Shown: piece after piece, positions 62,693-64,000 of the stretch
Layout of the letters: the number at the start of each line of letters is the position of its first letter
Position numbering within the stretch: the stretch's first letter is position 1
From: an uncultured bacterium
Lineage (GTDB): Bacteria > Verrucomicrobiota > Verrucomicrobiia > Limisphaerales > UBA8199
Reading direction: 5' to 3'
Length of the DNA stretch: 64,000 nucleotides
Assembly: GCA_963749495.1 (NCBI GenBank)
Contig: CAVVMW010000022.1
Location: 416,001-480,000, forward strand
Position numbers and translations under genes: made by a program
Notes under the pieces: generated by a model
The model's input: only the letters and a program-made list of their open reading frames with translations
The model's database searches: none
What the model was told of the DNA's origin: nothing

Positions 62693-63505
62693 ATGAAAAA
62701 GCGAATTGGGGTAGTCATTTTAGTTCTCATTTGCCTTTGCCTCTGCATTGTGTTGATCGCGGTCAAAGAGGAGGCTGTCCAGACGCCGCTGCCCCGCGCA
62801 GGTGAGATCAACAGCCTTTCCAATAACCTGGTGTTGACCAGGAGCAAACTCGCCAAAGAGGTCCAGCGAAGCACCACCTTCGAGAAGGATCTCGCAGAGT
62901 CAAAAAGGGCCTATTCCGACCTGACCAACACGTTCACCCAAGTCTGCGCCAATCTCTCCCAGGCGAGCACCGACCTGGCAAAAACCGAGGCCGCTCTCAA
63001 GGCCAAGGAGGAAGAAGTCAAGGAACGCGACGCCAAGATTACCGAGCTAGAGGACCAGAACCAGACCCTCGACAACCGCGCGCTTGAACTTGGCGCCTCG
63101 ATTACCAACCTTACGGTTCAAATCGAAGACACCAAAAGGAGACTCGCAGCCTCGGAAGGAGACAAGGCGATCCTGGAAACCAATCTCAAGCGCCTGATAG
63201 CGGAGAGAGCCGAACTGGAGCGTCAATTCAACGATATCACTATTCTTCGCAAACAGGTGGCCAAGTTGAACCAAGAGATCAGAATTGCCCGCCGGCACGA
63301 CTGGATTCGGCGTGGCCTTGTCGCCAGCGGTGAACAAAGAGGCGCCCAGAAACTCATCGAAGGCATCAAGCCGCTACGGTTACTGGCCTTGACCCCCAAA
63401 CCGAAATACGACCTCAACGTCGAGGTCACTTCCGATGGCGGGGCCAAAGTCATTCCGCCTCCCAACGCCAAACAGGCGCCGGCCACCAATTCCCCTCCGA
63501 AGTAA
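62693..63505 (+). CDS. Membrane-anchored coiled-coil protein
   Basis: N-terminal TM, long heptad region, YDLNVEVTSDG C-terminus. Confidence 0.8.
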   Translation: MKKRIGVVILVLICLCLCIVLIAVKEEAVQTPLPRAGEINSLSNNLVLTRSKLAKEVQRSTTFEKDLAESKRAYSDLTNTFTQVCANLSQASTDLAKTEAALKAKEEEVKERDAKITELEDQNQTLDNRALELGASITNLTVQIEDTKRRLAASEGDKAILETNLKRLIAERAELERQFNDITILRKQVAKLNQEIRIARRHDWIRRGLVASGEQRGAQKLIEGIKPLRLLALTPKPKYDLNVEVTSDGGAKVIPPPNAKQAPATNSPPK

Positions 63506-64000
63506 GCCAGCCGCGCAGCGTTATGAAAGAGCGGGGCGTCCCAAAAGCAACCTCCTGCCCTTGGTGAAAAGCTGAAATTAGGCAGTTTAGGTGTGCTTCC
63601 TTAGCGTGTGGTGTGCCACGGGCCGCCCGGCGTGGCTGGCGCTCTGGAGCGCCAACTCCAGGCGGACACCCCCGAAAAACCCGCAACTGCCTTGCCAGCA
63701 ACAACCACCCTTTGGCAATTCTGCCTGGCACGGGCTGGAAGATGGTCAACCATACTATTTCCAGAGGCCAATTCAAGCCTCTCGTCCACGTTGCAAAGTG
63801 CATGGTTTGGAGGCGGCGGTCGTGCGAGTTGCAATGCCCTTATATCCCTCAACACTCACCAAGGGCGAGGCGAAAACGTCTTAATGAGCTTGGACTGAAG
63901 AGCTTAGAGCGCCGGGCGTCAGATTGGCGCGGCATCAGCTATAGGAGAAAGGTAACTGTTCAGGTCGCAGTGGAAAGTGCCGTTCCATAGGAGCGCGGAC

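Overview
High-GC bacterial window, most consistent with Verrucomicrobiota. This is inferred from the prepilin H-X9-DG, PEP-CTERM and Ig/FG-GAP/ASPIC proteins and the many heptamer and REP-like repeats. Core-like genes (cbiQO, proA, marC, yhbY, a stand-alone C-terminal carB, pfp, DegT aminotransferase, Gfo/Idh/MocA, ADH) surround accessory DNA. (1) A large island starts at tRNA-fMet (7695-7771). It holds an array of small co-oriented genes, an HNH protein, a primase/helicase-like P-loop protein beside an iteron-rich origin-like region, a radical SAM gene, a DNA methyltransferase, a SWIM protein and a Ycf46-like AAA ATPase. These are followed by a GT-C glycosylation cluster, a MauE plus Cys-rich secreted pair and a radical SAM/SPASM plus ABC importer operon. 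(2) A half-tRNA and integrase remnant lies at ~42.6 kb. (3) An ORF-less group II intron is inserted precisely into the inverted repeat flanking a GxxExxY gene. (4) Several broken toxin-antitoxin genes follow tRNA-Leu. The most unexpected signal is a ~380-nt stretch (18053-18431) with no GpC dinucleotide. It carries an alanine-free, Val/Thr-rich ORF, which suggests localized GpC-directed hypermutation or GpC avoidance. At least eight genes have single frameshifts, probably assembly indels.
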